A DNA stretch of 32,000 bases from Dickeya dadantii NCPPB 898 (lineage in GTDB: Bacteria > Pseudomonadota > Gammaproteobacteria > Enterobacterales > Enterobacteriaceae), in contig NZ_CM001976.1 in assembly GCF_000406145.1 (NCBI RefSeq), positions 4,027,472 to 4,059,471 on the forward strand. The letters run 5' to 3'. Below are positions 1-12,210 of the stretch, piece after piece; positions within the stretch are counted from its first letter, which is position 1, and each line of letters starts with the position of its first letter. A model generated the notes under the pieces. The model ran no database searches. It was not told the origin of the DNA and saw nothing but the letters and a program-made list of their open reading frames with translations. Position numbers and translations under genes: made by a program.

Positions 1-924
1 ATCGGCCTGTTCGATAATCTTTGCCGCGCCCGCACGCTCCAGCGGCAACGCATTCCAGTACTGCTGCCGATCCTTATGCTGGAACGGCACAAACAACGCC
101 GGCAACCCGGCTGCGGCAATCTCGCTGACCGTTAGCGCGCCGGAGCGGCACACCACCACATCGGCCCAGGCATACGCCGCCGCCATGTCGTCGATAAACT
201 CGGTAATCCGGTGCTGCGGCTGACCGGCCTGCGCATAGGCAGCCTGTACTTCTGCCTGAGCCCCTTTGCCGGTCTGGTGCCAGATGGTAACGGCGTCATG
301 CAACCGCGCCGCCACGCCGGGCAGGGTTTGATTCAGCACCCGCGCGCCCTGACTTCCGCCAACCACCAGCACCCGCACCGGGCCGCTACGGTCAGCCAGC
401 CGCTCTGTCGGCGACGGCAGCGCCAGCACATCGGTGCGCACCGGATTTCCCACCACATCCGCGTGGGGAAACGCGCCCGGGAACGCTTGTAATACTTTTT
501 TGGCGATGCGCGATAACCAGCGGTTGGTCAACCCGGCAATACCGTTTTGCTCGTGCAAAACCACCGGGATACCACACAACCAGGCCGCCAGACCGCCGGG
601 GCCGGACACATAGCCGCCCATTCCCAGCACAACGTCCGGCTGATAGCGGCGCATAATCGCCTGCGCCTGCCGCACCGCCCGGAAGATACGCACCGGCGCC
701 AGTAACAATGCGGTCAATCCTTTGCCGCGCAGACCGGAAATACGGATAAAGTCGATGTCGATACCGTGTTTCGGCACCAGATCCGCTTCCATTCTGTCGG
801 CCGTGCCCAGCCAGCGCACCTGCCAGCCTTGCGCCATCAAGTGATGCGCCACCGCCAGACCGGGAAACACATGCCCGCCGGTACCGCCAGCCATCACCAT
901 CAAACGCTTGCCTTCGCCACTCAT
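1..924 (-). CDS. murG: MurG, lipid II-forming GlcNAc transferase; N-terminal 308 codons, with the 3' end beyond the window start
   Basis: The ORF runs off the window, so it is absent from the track. Reverse translation from the ATG at 924-922 reads [69 protein letters not shown]. Codons at the window edge read ...[50 protein letters not shown]. Both are near-identical to E. coli MurG as I recall it. ATGA start/stop overlap with ftsW. Confidence 0.95.
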   Translation of the reverse strand, partial: MSGEGKRLMVMAGGTGGHVFPGLAVAHHLMAQGWQVRWLGTADRMEADLVPKHGIDIDFIRISGLRGKGLTALLLAPVRIFRAVRQAQAIMRRYQPDVVLGMGGYVSGPGGLAAWLCGIPVVLHEQNGIAGLTNRWLSRIAKKVLQAFPGAFPHADVVGNPVRTDVLALPSPTERLADRSGPVRVLVVGGSQGARVLNQTLPGVAARLHDAVTIWHQTGKGAQAEVQAAYAQAGQPQHRITEFIDDMAAAYAWADVVVCRSGALTVSEIAAAGLPALFVPFQHKDRQQYWNALPLERAGAAKIIEQAD

Positions 925-2123
925 CGGGCACCCCTCGTAAACGCCTGCGCTTTGGTCAGGCGCGTTTCATAATCAATTCGCAACAACAACACGATAGCCG
1001 TCGACATAATCAGCAGACTGGAACCACCGTAACTGATCAGCGGCAACGTCAGCCCTTTGGTCGGCAACATGCCCGCGGCCGCGCCGACATTCACCAGCGT
1101 CTGAAAACTGAACCAGATACCGATGGAGCAGGCCAGAAAGCCCGAAAAACGCTGATCGATTTCCAGCGCCCGCCGCCCGATCGACATCGCCCGAAAAGCG
1201 ACGAAGAATATCATTAACAACGCTAAAACCACACCGATATAGCCCAGTTCCTCCCCCAGGATGGAGAAAATGAAGTCGGTATGCGCTTCCGGCAGATATT
1301 CCAGTTTCTGGATAGAATTACCGAGCCCTTGCCCCCACAGTTCGCCACGGCCAAACGCCATTAACGACTGGGTCAACTGATAGCCGCTGCCGAACGGGTC
1401 GTCCCACGGATTCCAGAACGAGGTCACGCGGCGCACGCGGTACGGTTCCGCGATAATCAACAGCGCGACGGCGAAGATGCCACAGCCGATGATCGCCAGG
1501 AACTGCCACAGTTTGGCTCCGGCCAGAAACAACATCGCCAGCGTGGTGATGAACAGCACCACCACCGTGCCGAGGTCCGGCTGAGCCAGCAGCAGTACCG
1601 CCAGCACCACCATCACGCCCATCGGCTTGCAAAAGCCCCAGAAATTGTTCCGCACTTCATCAACTTTGCGCACCATGTAGCTGGAGAGGTAACAGAACAA
1701 CGACAGCTTCGATAACTCTGCCGGCTGGATACGCAGCGGGCCGAGAGAAATCCAGCGTGACGCCCCGTTAACCGAGCTGCCCACCGCCAGCACGATCAGC
1801 AGCATCACCAGCGACGCCAGCAGCAATACCACGCTGTAACGCTGCCAGACCTCCATCGGCACTCGCATGGTGACCAGCGACAGACCGAACGCCAGCCCCA
1901 GATACAGCGCATCGCGCTTGGCGAACAGAAACGGATCGCTGGCCAGCCGCTGCCCGACCGGCATCGACGCCGAGGTCACCATCACAAAGCCGATCACCGC
2001 CAGCCCCAGGGTCAACCACAGCAGCGTCCGGTCGTACAGCACGGTGCTGAGGTTGTCGCTTTCACGCGTCCCCATCACCCAGCTTTTCAGACGTTCGACC
2101 ATGCCGGCCCCGATAAAGCGCAT
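921..2123 (-). CDS. ftsW: FtsW, SEDS-family cell-division peptidoglycan polymerase
   Basis: 400-aa polytopic ORF. Blocks [33 protein letters not shown] and [19 protein letters not shown] match FtsW. Sits in the dcw position between murD and murG, with a TAATG overlap with the murD stop. Confidence 0.95.
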   Translation of the reverse strand: MRFIGAGMVERLKSWVMGTRESDNLSTVLYDRTLLWLTLGLAVIGFVMVTSASMPVGQRLASDPFLFAKRDALYLGLAFGLSLVTMRVPMEVWQRYSVVLLLASLVMLLIVLAVGSSVNGASRWISLGPLRIQPAELSKLSLFCYLSSYMVRKVDEVRNNFWGFCKPMGVMVVLAVLLLAQPDLGTVVVLFITTLAMLFLAGAKLWQFLAIIGCGIFAVALLIIAEPYRVRRVTSFWNPWDDPFGSGYQLTQSLMAFGRGELWGQGLGNSIQKLEYLPEAHTDFIFSILGEELGYIGVVLALLMIFFVAFRAMSIGRRALEIDQRFSGFLACSIGIWFSFQTLVNVGAAAGMLPTKGLTLPLISYGGSSLLIMSTAIVLLLRIDYETRLTKAQAFTRGAR

Positions 2124-3436
2124 TATCCCAGCTCCTCCGCCAAACGGGCGAACTCATCGCCGCGCTGTTCGAAACTGCGGAACTGATCGAGACTGGCGCA
2201 GGCCGGCGACAGCAGCACCATGTCTCCCGGCTGGGTGCGGCTGGCGATAAGGCGCATCGCCTGCTCCATGGTTTCGGTCTTTTCGGCGATTTCCGGGCGC
2301 AGCGCCGCCAGTTGCCCACCATCACGGCCAAAGCAGTACAGTCGGATACGGTCGCCTTGCAGGTAACGCAGCAACGGAGAGAAATCCGCCGATTTGCCGT
2401 CGCCGCCCAGCAGCAAATGCAGCGTGCCATCGACATGCAGCCCGCTCAGCGCCGCCTCGGTACTGCCGACGTTAGTAGCCTTGGAATCATTGACCCAGCG
2501 CACGTCATGACGCGCCAGCGCCAGTTGGAAACGGTGCGGCAGGCCGGTAAAAGAGGTCAGCGCGATCAGGGCCGACGAGCGGGGAATACCCACAGCGTCC
2601 GCCAGCGCCAGCGCTGCCAGCGCATTGGTGTAGTTGTGCTGACCGACCAGTTTGATTTCGCGGGTATTCAACACCCGCTCACCTTTCACCCGCAGCCAGG
2701 TTTCGCCCTGCTGCCGGTTCAGGTGGTAATCGCCCACATCCACGCCGAAACTCAGGCAGCGCGCGTCGGCGCCGCGCACCGGCATGGTCAGGGCGTCGTC
2801 CGCGTTCACAATGCAAACTTTGGCGTTTTCATAAATACGCAATTTAGCGGCGCGGTACTGCTGTAATCCCAACGGATAGCGGTTGGTGTGATCCTCGGTC
2901 ACATTGAGGATCGTAGCCGCGACAGCGTGCAGGCTGTAGGTGGTTTCCAGCTGGAAGCTTGATAACTCCAGCACATACAGCTGGCTTTCCTGCTTGAGCA
3001 GCTCCAGCGCCGGAACGCCGATGTTGCCGCCCACGCCGACGGCCCAACCGGCCGCGTGCGCCATTTCACCCACCAGCGTGGTAACGGTGCTTTTGCCGTT
3101 GGAACCGGTAATGGCGACGATCGGCGCCTGCGCTTCACGGCAAAACAATTCGATATCGCCGACAATCTCGATGCCGGCTTCCGCCGCTTCGCACAGGATC
3201 GGCGTCGCCAGCGCGATACCCGGACTGGCGACGATCAGATCGGCGGACAGCAGCCATTCATCATTGAGGCTGCCCAGATGACGCTCAACGGACTCAGGCA
3301 GTTTATCCAGGCCCGGCGGACTGATACGGGTATCCACCACGCGCGGCACCACCCCGCGTGCAAGGAAAAAATCAACACAGGAGAGCCCTGTCAGCCCTAA
3401 CCCGATAATGACAACCTTTCTACCCTGATAGTCCAT
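2123..3436 (-). CDS. murD: MurD, UDP-MurNAc-L-Ala:D-Glu ligase
   Basis: 437-aa ORF with a GLGLTGLS Rossmann-type N-terminus and the Mur-ligase P-loop [10 protein letters not shown]. Conserved dcw order. Confidence 0.95.
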   Translation of the reverse strand: MDYQGRKVVIIGLGLTGLSCVDFFLARGVVPRVVDTRISPPGLDKLPESVERHLGSLNDEWLLSADLIVASPGIALATPILCEAAEAGIEIVGDIELFCREAQAPIVAITGSNGKSTVTTLVGEMAHAAGWAVGVGGNIGVPALELLKQESQLYVLELSSFQLETTYSLHAVAATILNVTEDHTNRYPLGLQQYRAAKLRIYENAKVCIVNADDALTMPVRGADARCLSFGVDVGDYHLNRQQGETWLRVKGERVLNTREIKLVGQHNYTNALAALALADAVGIPRSSALIALTSFTGLPHRFQLALARHDVRWVNDSKATNVGSTEAALSGLHVDGTLHLLLGGDGKSADFSPLLRYLQGDRIRLYCFGRDGGQLAALRPEIAEKTETMEQAMRLIASRTQPGDMVLLSPACASLDQFRSFEQRGDEFARLAEELG

Positions 3437-3439
3437 TTT

Positions 3440-4522
3440 TTACCGTACCTTGAGCGTTACCAGGCCGATGAGCATCAGCATCAGCGAAATAATCCAGAAC
3501 CGCACAATCACCCGCGGCTCCGGCCACCCCTTAAGTTCGTAGTGGTGGTGGATCGGCGCCATACGGAAAATCCGCTGGCCGCGCAGCTTGAAGGAACCCA
3601 CCTGCAAAATGACGGACAGGGTTTCCACCACAAACACCCCGCCCATGATCACCAGCAAAAACTCCTGACGCAGCAGCACCGCAATGGTGCCTAGCGCGCC
3701 GCCCAGCGCCAGCGAGCCGACATCGCCCATGAATACCTGCGCCGGATAGGTGTTGAACCACAAAAATCCGAGGCCGGCGCCGACAATCGCGGTACACACC
3801 ACCACCAGCTCGCTGGCATGCCGGATATACGGAATGTGCAGGTAGCTGGCGAAATTCATGTTGCCGGTCGCCCAGGCCACCAGCGCAAAGCCAACCGCCA
3901 CAAACACCGTCGGCATGATGGCCAGCCCGTCCAAGCCATCGGTAAGGTTGACGGCGTTGCTGGTGCCGACAATCACGAAGTAGGCCAGCACGATGTACAT
4001 CACGCCCAGTTGCGGCATCACGTCTTTGAAGAACGGCACCACCAGCTGCGTCGCCGGCGTATCCTTGCCAATCGCGTACATGGAAAACGCGACCACCAAC
4101 GCCAGCACCGACTGCCAGAAGTACTTCCAGCGGGCAATCAACCCACGGGTGTCTTTACGCACCACCTTGCGGTAGTCATCCACAAATCCGACGGCGCCGT
4201 AACCCACCAGCACCAGCAGCACGCACCAGACATACGGGTTAGCCAGGTTGACCCACAACAGCACCGAAATAATGATCGACGCCAGAATCATCACCCCGCC
4301 CATGGTCGGCGTGCCGCGCTTGCTGAAATGGGACTCCGGCCCTTCGTTACGCACCACCTGACCGATTTGCAGGCGTTGCAGCCAGGCGATCAGATGCGGC
4401 CCCATCCACAGGGAAATGATTAACGCCGTCAGCAGGCTGACAATGGCCCGGAACGTCAAATACGAAAAGACGTTAAAGCCGGAATAAAACTTGACCAGAT
4501 GCTCGGCCAGCCAAACTAACAT
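3440..4522 (-). CDS. mraY: MraY, phospho-MurNAc-pentapeptide translocase
   Basis: 360-aa multi-TM ORF with the [13 protein letters not shown] and [12 protein letters not shown] motifs. Near-identical to enterobacterial MraY. Confidence 0.96.
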   Translation of the reverse strand: MLVWLAEHLVKFYSGFNVFSYLTFRAIVSLLTALIISLWMGPHLIAWLQRLQIGQVVRNEGPESHFSKRGTPTMGGVMILASIIISVLLWVNLANPYVWCVLLVLVGYGAVGFVDDYRKVVRKDTRGLIARWKYFWQSVLALVVAFSMYAIGKDTPATQLVVPFFKDVMPQLGVMYIVLAYFVIVGTSNAVNLTDGLDGLAIMPTVFVAVGFALVAWATGNMNFASYLHIPYIRHASELVVVCTAIVGAGLGFLWFNTYPAQVFMGDVGSLALGGALGTIAVLLRQEFLLVIMGGVFVVETLSVILQVGSFKLRGQRIFRMAPIHHHYELKGWPEPRVIVRFWIISLMLMLIGLVTLKVR

Positions 4523-5877
4523 GTGGCATTCTCCTGTAATGCGTGTACTACCTGTTCCATCGCAGCGCTGCGTGAACCTTTAATTAAAACGGTAATGGTA
4601 TTGTGCTGCGCCACCAGCGCCCGCAAACGGGCGATCAACGCAGTTTTATTGTCAAAATGCTCACCTGTGCCGCTGGCGTCGCCGATAAGCGCGCTCAGCA
4701 CACCCACGCTCAATACCTTGTCAATGTTTGCCTTGCGGGCCGCTTCGCCCACCTGGCGATGACACGCCTGCGCGTCCTGGCCCAGTTCGGCCATATCGCC
4801 GACCACCATCACCCGGTAGCCCGGCATCTCCGCCAGCACCTGCGTCGCCGCGGTCATCGAACCGACGTTGGCGTTGTAACTGTCGTCCAGCAGTAATTTT
4901 CCCGGTGCCAGCGCAATCGGGAACAACCGCCCCGGCACAGCCTGCAATTGCGCCAGTCCAGCCTTCACCGCGTCCAGCGACGCACCTACTGCCAGCGACA
5001 GCGCCGCCGCCGCCAGCGCGTTGGCGATGTTATGGCGCCCCGGCAGCGGCAAGGTCACCGCAATATCGCCTGCCGGCGTATGCAACACGAAATCGGTCCC
5101 GCGTTCGCTGATACCGACATCGCTGGCGTAAAAATCGACGCCTGCGCGCGCCTGCGGTGAAAAGCGCCAGCGGGTTTTCCCCGCCAGCGCATCGTGCCAG
5201 CGCGCCTCATCGTGGCTGTCGGCATTGAGGATCGCTACGCCCTGCGCCGGCAAACCGCTAAAAATCTCGCCTTTGGCCTGCGCTACGCCTTCGAGCGAAC
5301 CAAATCCTTCCAAATGCGCGGCGGCCAGGTTATTTACCAGCGCCGCTTCCGGACGCACCATCGCCGTGGTGTAAGCAATCTCGCCGATATGGTTGGCGCC
5401 CAGCTCAATCACCGCGTAGTCATGCTCGGGCATCAAACGGAACAGCGTCAGCGGCACGCCGATATCGTTGTTGAAATTACCGGCGGTATACAGCACATTG
5501 CCGCACTGGCGCAAAATCGCAGCGGTCATTTCCTTGACGGAGGTTTTTCCCGACGAACCGGTCAGCGCCACGACGCGCGCCCGGCTTTGCTGCCGCACCC
5601 AGCCCGCCATCGTACCCAGCGCCAGGCGCGTATCATCCACCACCAATTGCGGCACATCTATTGGTAAGTGCTTACTCACCAATAATGCGGCCGCCCCATC
5701 ATTAACGGCATCCGCCGCATAATCATGAGCGTCAAATTTTTCCCCGCGCAACGCGACGAACAGACAACCGGTGGTGAGCTTACGAGTATCCGTGGACACT
5801 TCGCTGATAGTCAGGTCTTCCCCTACCAGGCGAGCGCCCAGTACATCAGCCAACTGCCGCAACGAGACGCTGATCAT
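4516..5877 (-). CDS. murF: MurF, UDP-MurNAc-tripeptide:D-Ala-D-Ala ligase
   Basis: 453-aa ORF with P-loop [13 protein letters not shown] and the [11 protein letters not shown] block. Overlaps mraY by 7 nt. Confidence 0.95.
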   Translation of the reverse strand: MISVSLRQLADVLGARLVGEDLTISEVSTDTRKLTTGCLFVALRGEKFDAHDYAADAVNDGAAALLVSKHLPIDVPQLVVDDTRLALGTMAGWVRQQSRARVVALTGSSGKTSVKEMTAAILRQCGNVLYTAGNFNNDIGVPLTLFRLMPEHDYAVIELGANHIGEIAYTTAMVRPEAALVNNLAAAHLEGFGSLEGVAQAKGEIFSGLPAQGVAILNADSHDEARWHDALAGKTRWRFSPQARAGVDFYASDVGISERGTDFVLHTPAGDIAVTLPLPGRHNIANALAAAALSLAVGASLDAVKAGLAQLQAVPGRLFPIALAPGKLLLDDSYNANVGSMTAATQVLAEMPGYRVMVVGDMAELGQDAQACHRQVGEAARKANIDKVLSVGVLSALIGDASGTGEHFDNKTALIARLRALVAQHNTITVLIKGSRSAAMEQVVHALQENATC

Positions 5878-7358
5878 ACGATAACCCCCAGCAGACGCGC
5901 GACAGTAATGCGATCCGAATAATCCAACCGCTCGTTTCCTACCAACTGATAGTCTTCGTGCCCTTTGCCGGCGACCAGCACCACATCATCGGCGGCAGCC
6001 TGCATTACCGCGCTGGTGACGGCTTCCGCCCGGCCGGCGATCGCCTGCACCCGGCCCGCATCCAGCAATCCGCTCAGGATATCGGCCACAATCGCCTGCG
6101 GGTCTTCACTGCGCGGGTTATCGTCGGTAACGATCACCCTATCCGCCAGTTGTTCCGCAATCGCCCCCATTAGTGGGCGCTTACCTCTGTCGCGATCGCC
6201 GCCGCAGCCGAATACGCACCACAGCACGCCCCGGCAGTGCAAACGCGCCGCCGCCAGCGCTTTTTCCAGCGCGTCCGGGGTATGGGCGTAATCCACCACT
6301 ACCGTCGGCCGGCCGCTGGCAAGAAAAACTTCCATTCTACCGCAGACCGGCTGCAGCGCAGAACCGGTCTTCACCAGCTGCTCCAGCGAATAACCCAGCG
6401 ACAGCAGCGTCGCCAGCGCCAGCAACAGGTTACTGACATTGAACGCGCCCATCAGACGGCTATTGATCTCGCCAGCGCCCCAACTGGAGTCGAACTGCAC
6501 GGTGAAACCGCTGTCGTGATAATCGATATGGGTGGCTTTCAGCCAATGCGCCCGACCGGCGTCGATCTCGCCCGCCACGCTCACCGCGACAGCGTCCGGC
6601 AGGCGCTGCAACCAACGACGGCCAACCTCGTCATCGGCGTTAATGATTTTCTGCCCGACCTGATGCTCGGCGAACAACCGCCATTTGGCGGCTTCGTAAT
6701 TCGTCATATCGCCGTGATAATCAAGATGGTCGCGGCTCAGGTTGGTAAACACCGCGGCGGCGAACGACAGCGCCTCCACCCGGTGCTGTACCAGCCCATG
6801 CGAAGACACTTCCATGGCGGCGAAATCCGCCCCTTGCTCCACCAGTTGGCTCAGAATCTGTTGCACATCCACCGCCGAACCGGTGGTGTTTTCCGACGGC
6901 GCCACATGCCCCAGCAAGCCGTTGCCGACCGTGCCCATCACCGCGCTGGTTTTGCCCAGCGCCTGACTCCACTGCGCCAGCAACTGGGTGGTAGTGGTCT
7001 TACCGTTGGTGCCGGTGACGCCGATCAGTTGCAGCGAGGCCGATGGCTGGCGGTAAAAACGCCCTGCCAGCGCGGATAAACGCTGATTCAGGTTTTCAAG
7101 ATAAATCACCGGCACGCCGTGCATTTCAGTCAGGGTGCCATCGGGCGTGGCCTCATCCGCCTGCGCGACAACCGCCGCGACGCCCTGCGCAATAGCCTGC
7201 GGAATATAGTGCCGCCCATCCGTCTTGTGGCCGACTACCGCCACAAACAGATCCCCGGCAGCCGCCACGCGGCTGTCTAATGTCATTTCCCGCAGCGCGC
7301 GCTCCGGGGCATCGGTCACCCACGGAGCCAGGACATCGCGCAAGTTACGATCTGTCAC
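5874..7358 (-). CDS. murE: MurE, UDP-MurNAc-L-Ala-D-Glu:meso-DAP ligase
   Basis: 494-aa ORF with a GTG start. N-terminus [13 protein letters not shown]..., P-loop [12 protein letters not shown], and the DAP-specificity-type block DNPRSEDP. Overlaps murF by 4 nt. Confidence 0.95.
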   Translation of the reverse strand: MTDRNLRDVLAPWVTDAPERALREMTLDSRVAAAGDLFVAVVGHKTDGRHYIPQAIAQGVAAVVAQADEATPDGTLTEMHGVPVIYLENLNQRLSALAGRFYRQPSASLQLIGVTGTNGKTTTTQLLAQWSQALGKTSAVMGTVGNGLLGHVAPSENTTGSAVDVQQILSQLVEQGADFAAMEVSSHGLVQHRVEALSFAAAVFTNLSRDHLDYHGDMTNYEAAKWRLFAEHQVGQKIINADDEVGRRWLQRLPDAVAVSVAGEIDAGRAHWLKATHIDYHDSGFTVQFDSSWGAGEINSRLMGAFNVSNLLLALATLLSLGYSLEQLVKTGSALQPVCGRMEVFLASGRPTVVVDYAHTPDALEKALAAARLHCRGVLWCVFGCGGDRDRGKRPLMGAIAEQLADRVIVTDDNPRSEDPQAIVADILSGLLDAGRVQAIAGRAEAVTSAVMQAAADDVVLVAGKGHEDYQLVGNERLDYSDRITVARLLGVIV

Positions 7359-9108
7359 CTGAACCCTCTTTTCTGTTGATTACAAACTCACTTTTTTCAC
7401 CCGTCGGCAACGCATCCGGTTCGATATTCATGGTGCGCAGTACGCCACCCATGATCGCCCCGAACACCGGCGCCGACACCGCGCCGCCATAGTATTTCCC
7501 CGCCTGCGGGTCGTTAATGACCACTACCAGCGCAAAGCGCGGGTTACTGGCCGGCGCCACCCCGGCGGTATAGGCGATGTATTTGTTGATGTACTTGCCA
7601 TCCGGGCCGACCTTCTTCGCCGTACCGGTTTTAATCGCGATGCGGTAGCCTTTCACCGCTGCTTTAGTGCCGCCGCCGCCGGGCAACGCCACGCTCTCCA
7701 TCATGTGCACCACGGTGCGGACAATCTGTTCGGAAAACACGCGCTCGCCCGGTACCGGCGGGTCGACTTTAGTGATGGAAAGCGGACGGTAAATACCAAA
7801 GCTGCCGATAGTGGCGTAGACACGCGCCAGTTGCAGCGGGGTCACCATCAGGCCGTAGCCAAACGAAAACGTGGCGCGCTCGATATCCGACCAGCGCTGG
7901 CGATTCGGGTACAGACCCAAACTCTCTCCCACCAGCCCCAGATTGGTGGCTTTGCCCAGACCAAATCGGGAGTAAGTGTCCACCAACGCGGAAGCCGGCA
8001 TCGCCAGCGCCAGATGCGATACGCCAACGTTACTGGACTTTTGCAGCACGCCGGTCAGGGTCAGTTCGCTATAACGCGCCACATCCTTGATTTCATGACC
8101 GTTGATGTAATACGGCAACGTGTTGAGCACCGCATTTTCCTTAACCACGTTGCGCTGTAGCGCCGTCATCACCACCATCGGTTTCACGGTCGAACCGGGT
8201 TCGAAAATATCGGTAATGGCGCGGTTGCGGATCACGTCGGTCGGCGTGCCGGTCAGGTTGTTCGGGTTGTAGGAGGGACTGTTGGCCATCGCCAGCACTT
8301 CACCGGTGTTGACATCCACCAGCACCGCGGTGCCCGACTCGGCTTTGTTGAACGCCACCGCGTTGTTCAGCTCGCGGTACACCAGCGCCTGCAGGCGTTC
8401 GTCGATACTGAGCATCAGGTTGTGCGCCGCCTGACTGTCTACCGAGGATATGTCTTCGATGACCCGCCCAAAGCGGTCTTTGCGCACGGTACGCTCGCCG
8501 GGGCGGCCGGTCAGCCAGCGATCGAAGCTCTTCTCGATGCCTTCAATTCCCTGACCGTCGATATTGGTAAGACCAATCAGATGCGACGTCACCTGACCGG
8601 AAGGATAATAACGGCGGGATTCCTGCCGCAGATTGATGCCCGGCAGTTTCAGTTTGTGGATGTACTCACCGACCGCCGGGTTCACCTGGCGGGCGAGATA
8701 GACAAAGCGGCCGTTCGGGTTGGCGTTCACCTTAGAGGCGATTTGGTCCAGCGGGATTCCCAGCGCGTCCGCCAGCGCCTTCCAGCGGGTATCCAGTGAA
8801 ATACCGCCATGATCGTTGAGATCTTTCGGGTCGGCCCAGACAGCGTTAACCGGCACGCTAACCGCCAGCGGACGACCGGCGCGATCGCTGATCATACCGC
8901 GCGCGGTCGGAATCTCCTGCACGCGCAGGGAGCGCATGTCGCCTTCACGCACCAGCTTGTCGGGCGCGATCACCTGCAGATACGCCGCCCGCAACATCAA
9001 CCCCACCATGCACAGCAGAATACCGCCGCAAAGCAACGCAAAACGCCAGCTGACAAAGCTGGCATGTTCTTCCTGACGCTTCAATTTTCCCGGTCGCGCT
9101 GCTTTCAT
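7345..9108 (-). CDS. ftsI: FtsI (PBP3), division-specific class B transpeptidase
   Basis: 587-aa ORF with an N-terminal TM helix. Carries the penicillin-binding motifs STVK (SxxK), SSN and KTGT. Conserved dcw position. Confidence 0.95.
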   Translation of the reverse strand: MKAARPGKLKRQEEHASFVSWRFALLCGGILLCMVGLMLRAAYLQVIAPDKLVREGDMRSLRVQEIPTARGMISDRAGRPLAVSVPVNAVWADPKDLNDHGGISLDTRWKALADALGIPLDQIASKVNANPNGRFVYLARQVNPAVGEYIHKLKLPGINLRQESRRYYPSGQVTSHLIGLTNIDGQGIEGIEKSFDRWLTGRPGERTVRKDRFGRVIEDISSVDSQAAHNLMLSIDERLQALVYRELNNAVAFNKAESGTAVLVDVNTGEVLAMANSPSYNPNNLTGTPTDVIRNRAITDIFEPGSTVKPMVVMTALQRNVVKENAVLNTLPYYINGHEIKDVARYSELTLTGVLQKSSNVGVSHLALAMPASALVDTYSRFGLGKATNLGLVGESLGLYPNRQRWSDIERATFSFGYGLMVTPLQLARVYATIGSFGIYRPLSITKVDPPVPGERVFSEQIVRTVVHMMESVALPGGGGTKAAVKGYRIAIKTGTAKKVGPDGKYINKYIAYTAGVAPASNPRFALVVVINDPQAGKYYGGAVSAPVFGAIMGGVLRTMNIEPDALPTGEKSEFVINRKEGSGDRS

Positions 9109-9130
9109 AATTTAGGCGATACCTGTCAGC

Positions 9131-9454
9131 TCATTGTTGTTTAACCACAATATTTTCCTGTGAAGGATCAACGTGCACCATGTGCAGTTTCTCGGTGGCG
9201 ATCTGCTCGACGCGGCTGTGATCGCCCAGGGCGTTCTCTTCCAGAATCAGGTTGCGCCACTCGATATCCAGCGCATCGCGTTCCAGCAATAATCGCTCAC
9301 GCTCCGCCGTCAGCAGGCGCGTACGGTGCGCGGTGGTCACCACCAGAATGGCGGACACCAACACCGCGATCAGCAGCAACAGCGGCAGTTTTCCGTGTCG
9401 CAGCAGATCATCGCCAATCACGCCGCCCAGCGAATGGCGCTCGTTGCCGATCAC
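9131..9454 (-). CDS. ftsL: FtsL, cell-division protein
   Basis: 107-aa ORF with a single TM helix ([20 protein letters not shown]) followed by [27 protein letters not shown], as in E. coli FtsL. The GTG start overlaps the rsmH stop (GTGA). Confidence 0.9.
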   Translation of the reverse strand: MIGNERHSLGGVIGDDLLRHGKLPLLLLIAVLVSAILVVTTAHRTRLLTAERERLLLERDALDIEWRNLILEENALGDHSRVEQIATEKLHMVHVDPSQENIVVKQQ

Positions 9455-10392
9455 GACGGCAGTCTCTCGGCAAAGCGCAGCACCGAACTGCGCGCGCGCG
9501 GATTGTCCGCCACTTCTTCATCTGGCGGCATCATTTTGCCTACGGCCTTGAGCGTCTGGCCGCCACGGCTGCGCAGTTGCTCTTCCGTCAGCGGCAGGCC
9601 TGCGGGCACCTGCGGCCCCCGGCTGTGCTGGCGGATAAAGCGTTTCACAATCCGGTCTTCCAGCGAGTGGAAGCTAATCACCGACAGGCGACCTTCAGGC
9701 GCCAGCACCTGCAATGCGCCGTCCAACGCCCGCTCGATCTCTTCCAGCTCGCTGTTGATATAGATACGAATGGCCTGAAAGGAACGGGTCGCCGGATGCT
9801 TGTGCTTCTCGCGAATCGGGCTGGCGGCGGCAATCAGCTCCGCCAGCGCTTTGGTGCGGGTCAACGGTTCGACACGGTTCCGCTCCACAATCGCCCGCGC
9901 GATGCGTTTGGCGAAACGCTCCTCACCGAACGTTTTCAGCACCCAGGCGATGTCTTCCGCTTCCGCTTTCATCAGCCATTCCGCCGCCGACTGGCCCCGA
10001 GTAGGGTCCATACGCATGTCCAGCGGCCCGTCCCGCATAAAAGAAAATCCCCGTTCGGGGTCGTCGAGCTGAGGCGACGAGACGCCCAAATCCAGCAGGA
10101 TGCCGTCGATTTTGCCGGTCAGCCCACGCTCGTCGACGTACTCAGCCAGTTCGGAAAACGGTCCGTGAATAATGGAAAAACGCGCATCATCAATGGTATT
10201 GGCGACTGCGACCGCCTGAGGATCGCGGTCGATGGCCAACAAACGGCCTTCCGGCCCAAGACGGGACAGAATGAGACGGGAATGGCCACCCCGGCCAAAC
10301 GTACCGTCAATGTAGATACCGTTGCTGCGAATGTTCAGGCCGTTGACGGCTTCATCCAGCAACACGGTGGTGTGTTTAAACGTTTCTGCCAT
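9451..10392 (-). CDS. rsmH: RsmH (MraW), 16S rRNA m4C1402 methyltransferase
   Basis: 313-aa ORF with the SAM-binding block [12 protein letters not shown] and the [10 protein letters not shown] block. Lies between mraZ and ftsL. Confidence 0.95.
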   Translation of the reverse strand: MAETFKHTTVLLDEAVNGLNIRSNGIYIDGTFGRGGHSRLILSRLGPEGRLLAIDRDPQAVAVANTIDDARFSIIHGPFSELAEYVDERGLTGKIDGILLDLGVSSPQLDDPERGFSFMRDGPLDMRMDPTRGQSAAEWLMKAEAEDIAWVLKTFGEERFAKRIARAIVERNRVEPLTRTKALAELIAAASPIREKHKHPATRSFQAIRIYINSELEEIERALDGALQVLAPEGRLSVISFHSLEDRIVKRFIRQHSRGPQVPAGLPLTEEQLRSRGGQTLKAVGKMMPPDEEVADNPRARSSVLRFAERLPS

Positions 10393-10394
10393 GA

Positions 10395-10853
10395 CTATAG
10401 TGATAAGTCCTGCAGCCGCTCAGATAAGGGCTCCTGAGTGGACTGCTCAGCGTCAATATCTTCCTTGACTTGTCGATACCAGGTCTGTTCATCCCACAGT
10501 TCAAACTTGTTGAACTGGCCGACCAGCATCACTTCTTTCGTAAGACCCGCATGCTGCCGCAGCGTAGAGGCAATCAGTATCCTTCCGGCGTTATCCATCT
10601 GGCATTCGCTGGCATGCCCGAGTAGCAGGCGCTGAACGCGGCGTTCAGCTGGGTTCATACTCGACAGGCGAGAAAGTTTCTGTTCGATAATTTCCCATTC
10701 GGGTAGCAGGTAAAGCAGCAGGCAGGGCTGATGAAGGTCAATGGTGCATACCATTTGCCCTTGAGCTTCCTCGTTCAGTAAGTCCCGGTAACGGGTGGGA
10801 ACGGCAAGCCGTCCTTTACTGTCGAGGTTGACCAGTGTCGCCCCACGAAACAT
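10395..10853 (-). CDS. mraZ: MraZ, transcriptional regulator of the dcw cluster
   Basis: I take the internal ATG at 10853, giving [24 protein letters not shown]... and 152 aa, the usual MraZ N-terminus and length. The track's longer GTG start at 10898 would translate through the operator repeats. Confidence 0.93.
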   Translation of the reverse strand: MFRGATLVNLDSKGRLAVPTRYRDLLNEEAQGQMVCTIDLHQPCLLLYLLPEWEIIEQKLSRLSSMNPAERRVQRLLLGHASECQMDNAGRILIASTLRQHAGLTKEVMLVGQFNKFELWDEQTWYRQVKEDIDAEQSTQEPLSERLQDLSL

Positions 10854-10882
10854 GACAGTATTTAACCCTTCATGACCTTTTT

Positions 10883-10907
10883 CACCACTTTGCCCCACAA
10901 ATCCCCA
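10883..10907 (-). promoter_or_regulatory. MraZ operator: three direct pentamer repeats at 10-bp register
   Basis: The minus strand reads aatagTGGGGatttgTGGGGcaaagTGGTGaaaaagg. This is three TGGGN-type repeats with 5-nt spacers, the architecture described for MraZ binding at E. coli Pmra. It lies 30-54 nt upstream of the mraZ ATG. Confidence 0.75.
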
Positions 10908-10915
10908 CTATTGAG

Positions 10916-10945
10916 AGTTTACGGAGGGGATGAAAAGCTTGTCAA
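10916..10945 (-). promoter_or_regulatory. Putative Pmra sigma-70 promoter (TTGACA, 18-nt spacer, TAAACT)
   Basis: The minus strand reads cTTGACAagcttttcatcccctccgTAAACTctcaatag, immediately upstream of the MraZ repeats. Hexamers read by eye only. Confidence 0.5.
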
Positions 10946-11719
10946 GCCAGCACGGCTGCGCCCGGGCATTATTTCCCGCCGAATCAGAGAGTGAAAAAAC
11001 CGCAAAAAAACCACCACGAAGAAATAATGAGGATTAACGCTGTGATTATTTAAGGAAAATTAATGGCTCTCGGGGAGGCGCATAAAGATATAGAATTTTT
11101 CATCCGGTGCAATATTATTTTGCCTGTCACAGTTCGATACGTATTTCTTAAATTTTCATACGATATCGAAATATTTTTATCGACTGATTTTTAAGCATTT
11201 TTAAACATTATTTTTCCTGTCGTCACAAAGCGTGGCGAGCAAAATAAATTTATTGAACTCGGGATCCCATTTTTTTGACCTGAACCACACTGTTGGTTAC
11301 TTCAACTCACGTTATCTATTCATGTCTGAAACATTAACCGGCTGTTTCATCTGCGTCAGGAATAATAACTGGTTTTATTTCCAGTATCGTTCACATTCAC
11401 TTGCACTTTACCGTTCAGCAACCTTTTCATTCCAAACTACGCCGTTTCCGGCCGGCTTTTCCCCCCGTCGCCCGCATCTCATTAATTGATTGTTTTATAT
11501 AAGGTTAGATACCCAACTCGTGATAATCGAATGAAAAAGACGATTTGCAACCATAAAGTTGCGCCACTGAACAAAAAACGAGCAAAAATAAGTTTTTTAA
11601 GCTAGTTAAAACGCGATAAATAGTTATGTAGACTACAAATAAAGCAACAAACCAAAACTAAACACCAAAAAAATAGACCATAAGCAACGTTATTATCCTT
11701 TACCATGGAGCCATACAAT

Positions 11720-12181
11720 ATGCTTTCCCCCATTTCCCGCGTGCGTGGCATCGTTGCCGATACCGTTGCCATGGTGGTGTATTGCTTCCTGACCGGCATG
11801 GCGATCGAAATCCTGCTGTCCGGCATGACCTTCCAGCAGTCGCTCTCTTCCCGGCTGCTATCGATTCCGGTCAACATCGTCATTGCCTGGCCCTACGGCC
11901 TTTACCGCGATCGTATCGTCGCCCTGGCGTTACGCCTGAACGCGGATTTGCGCTGGGGAAAAAATATGGCGGACCTGTTTGCCTATGTCAGTTTTCAGTC
12001 GCCGGTTTATGCCGCTATTTTGTTGACGATTGGCGCCGATCCATCGCAAATCCTGAAAGCGGTTGCCAGCAACGCGGTAATTTCTATGTTCATGGGAGTG
12101 GCGTACGGTTATTTTCTGGAATATTGTCGCCGTCTGTTCCGGGTCGGCGTTCCTTCCCGTCCGCAAATTGCCAGCCATTAA
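11720..12181 (+). CDS. alaE: AlaE, L-alanine exporter
   Basis: [22 protein letters not shown]...[16 protein letters not shown]...[11 protein letters not shown]...[14 protein letters not shown] parallels E. coli AlaE (YgaW) over its whole length. I prefer the ATG at 11720 (GGAG 9 nt upstream) to the track start at 11705. Confidence 0.85.
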   Translation: MLSPISRVRGIVADTVAMVVYCFLTGMAIEILLSGMTFQQSLSSRLLSIPVNIVIAWPYGLYRDRIVALALRLNADLRWGKNMADLFAYVSFQSPVYAAILLTIGADPSQILKAVASNAVISMFMGVAYGYFLEYCRRLFRVGVPSRPQIASH

Positions 12182-12210
12182 TCCAGCGCAACAAGCGGCT
12201 ATGGAATAAA

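Noticed and set aside
392-931. A 179-aa minus-strand ORF at the murG locus.
   Set aside because: It is in the wrong frame. The frame starting at the ATG at 924 gives an unmistakable MurG sequence that continues to the window edge.
10854-10898. An extended MraZ N-terminus (the track's GTG start, adding [15 protein letters not shown]).
   Set aside because: The extension would translate the MraZ operator repeats themselves. The internal ATG yields the canonical [16 protein letters not shown]-terminus and length.
11063-11194. A 43-aa ORF (MALGEAHKDIEFFIRCNIILPVTVRYVFLKFSYDIEIFLSTDF) with an AAGGA 6 nt upstream. Also the 85-aa ORF at 11232-11489.
   Set aside because: Both sit in very AT-rich DNA where such ORFs arise by chance, and I recognise no similarity to anything. 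They are kept only as a note within the AT-rich-tract finding.
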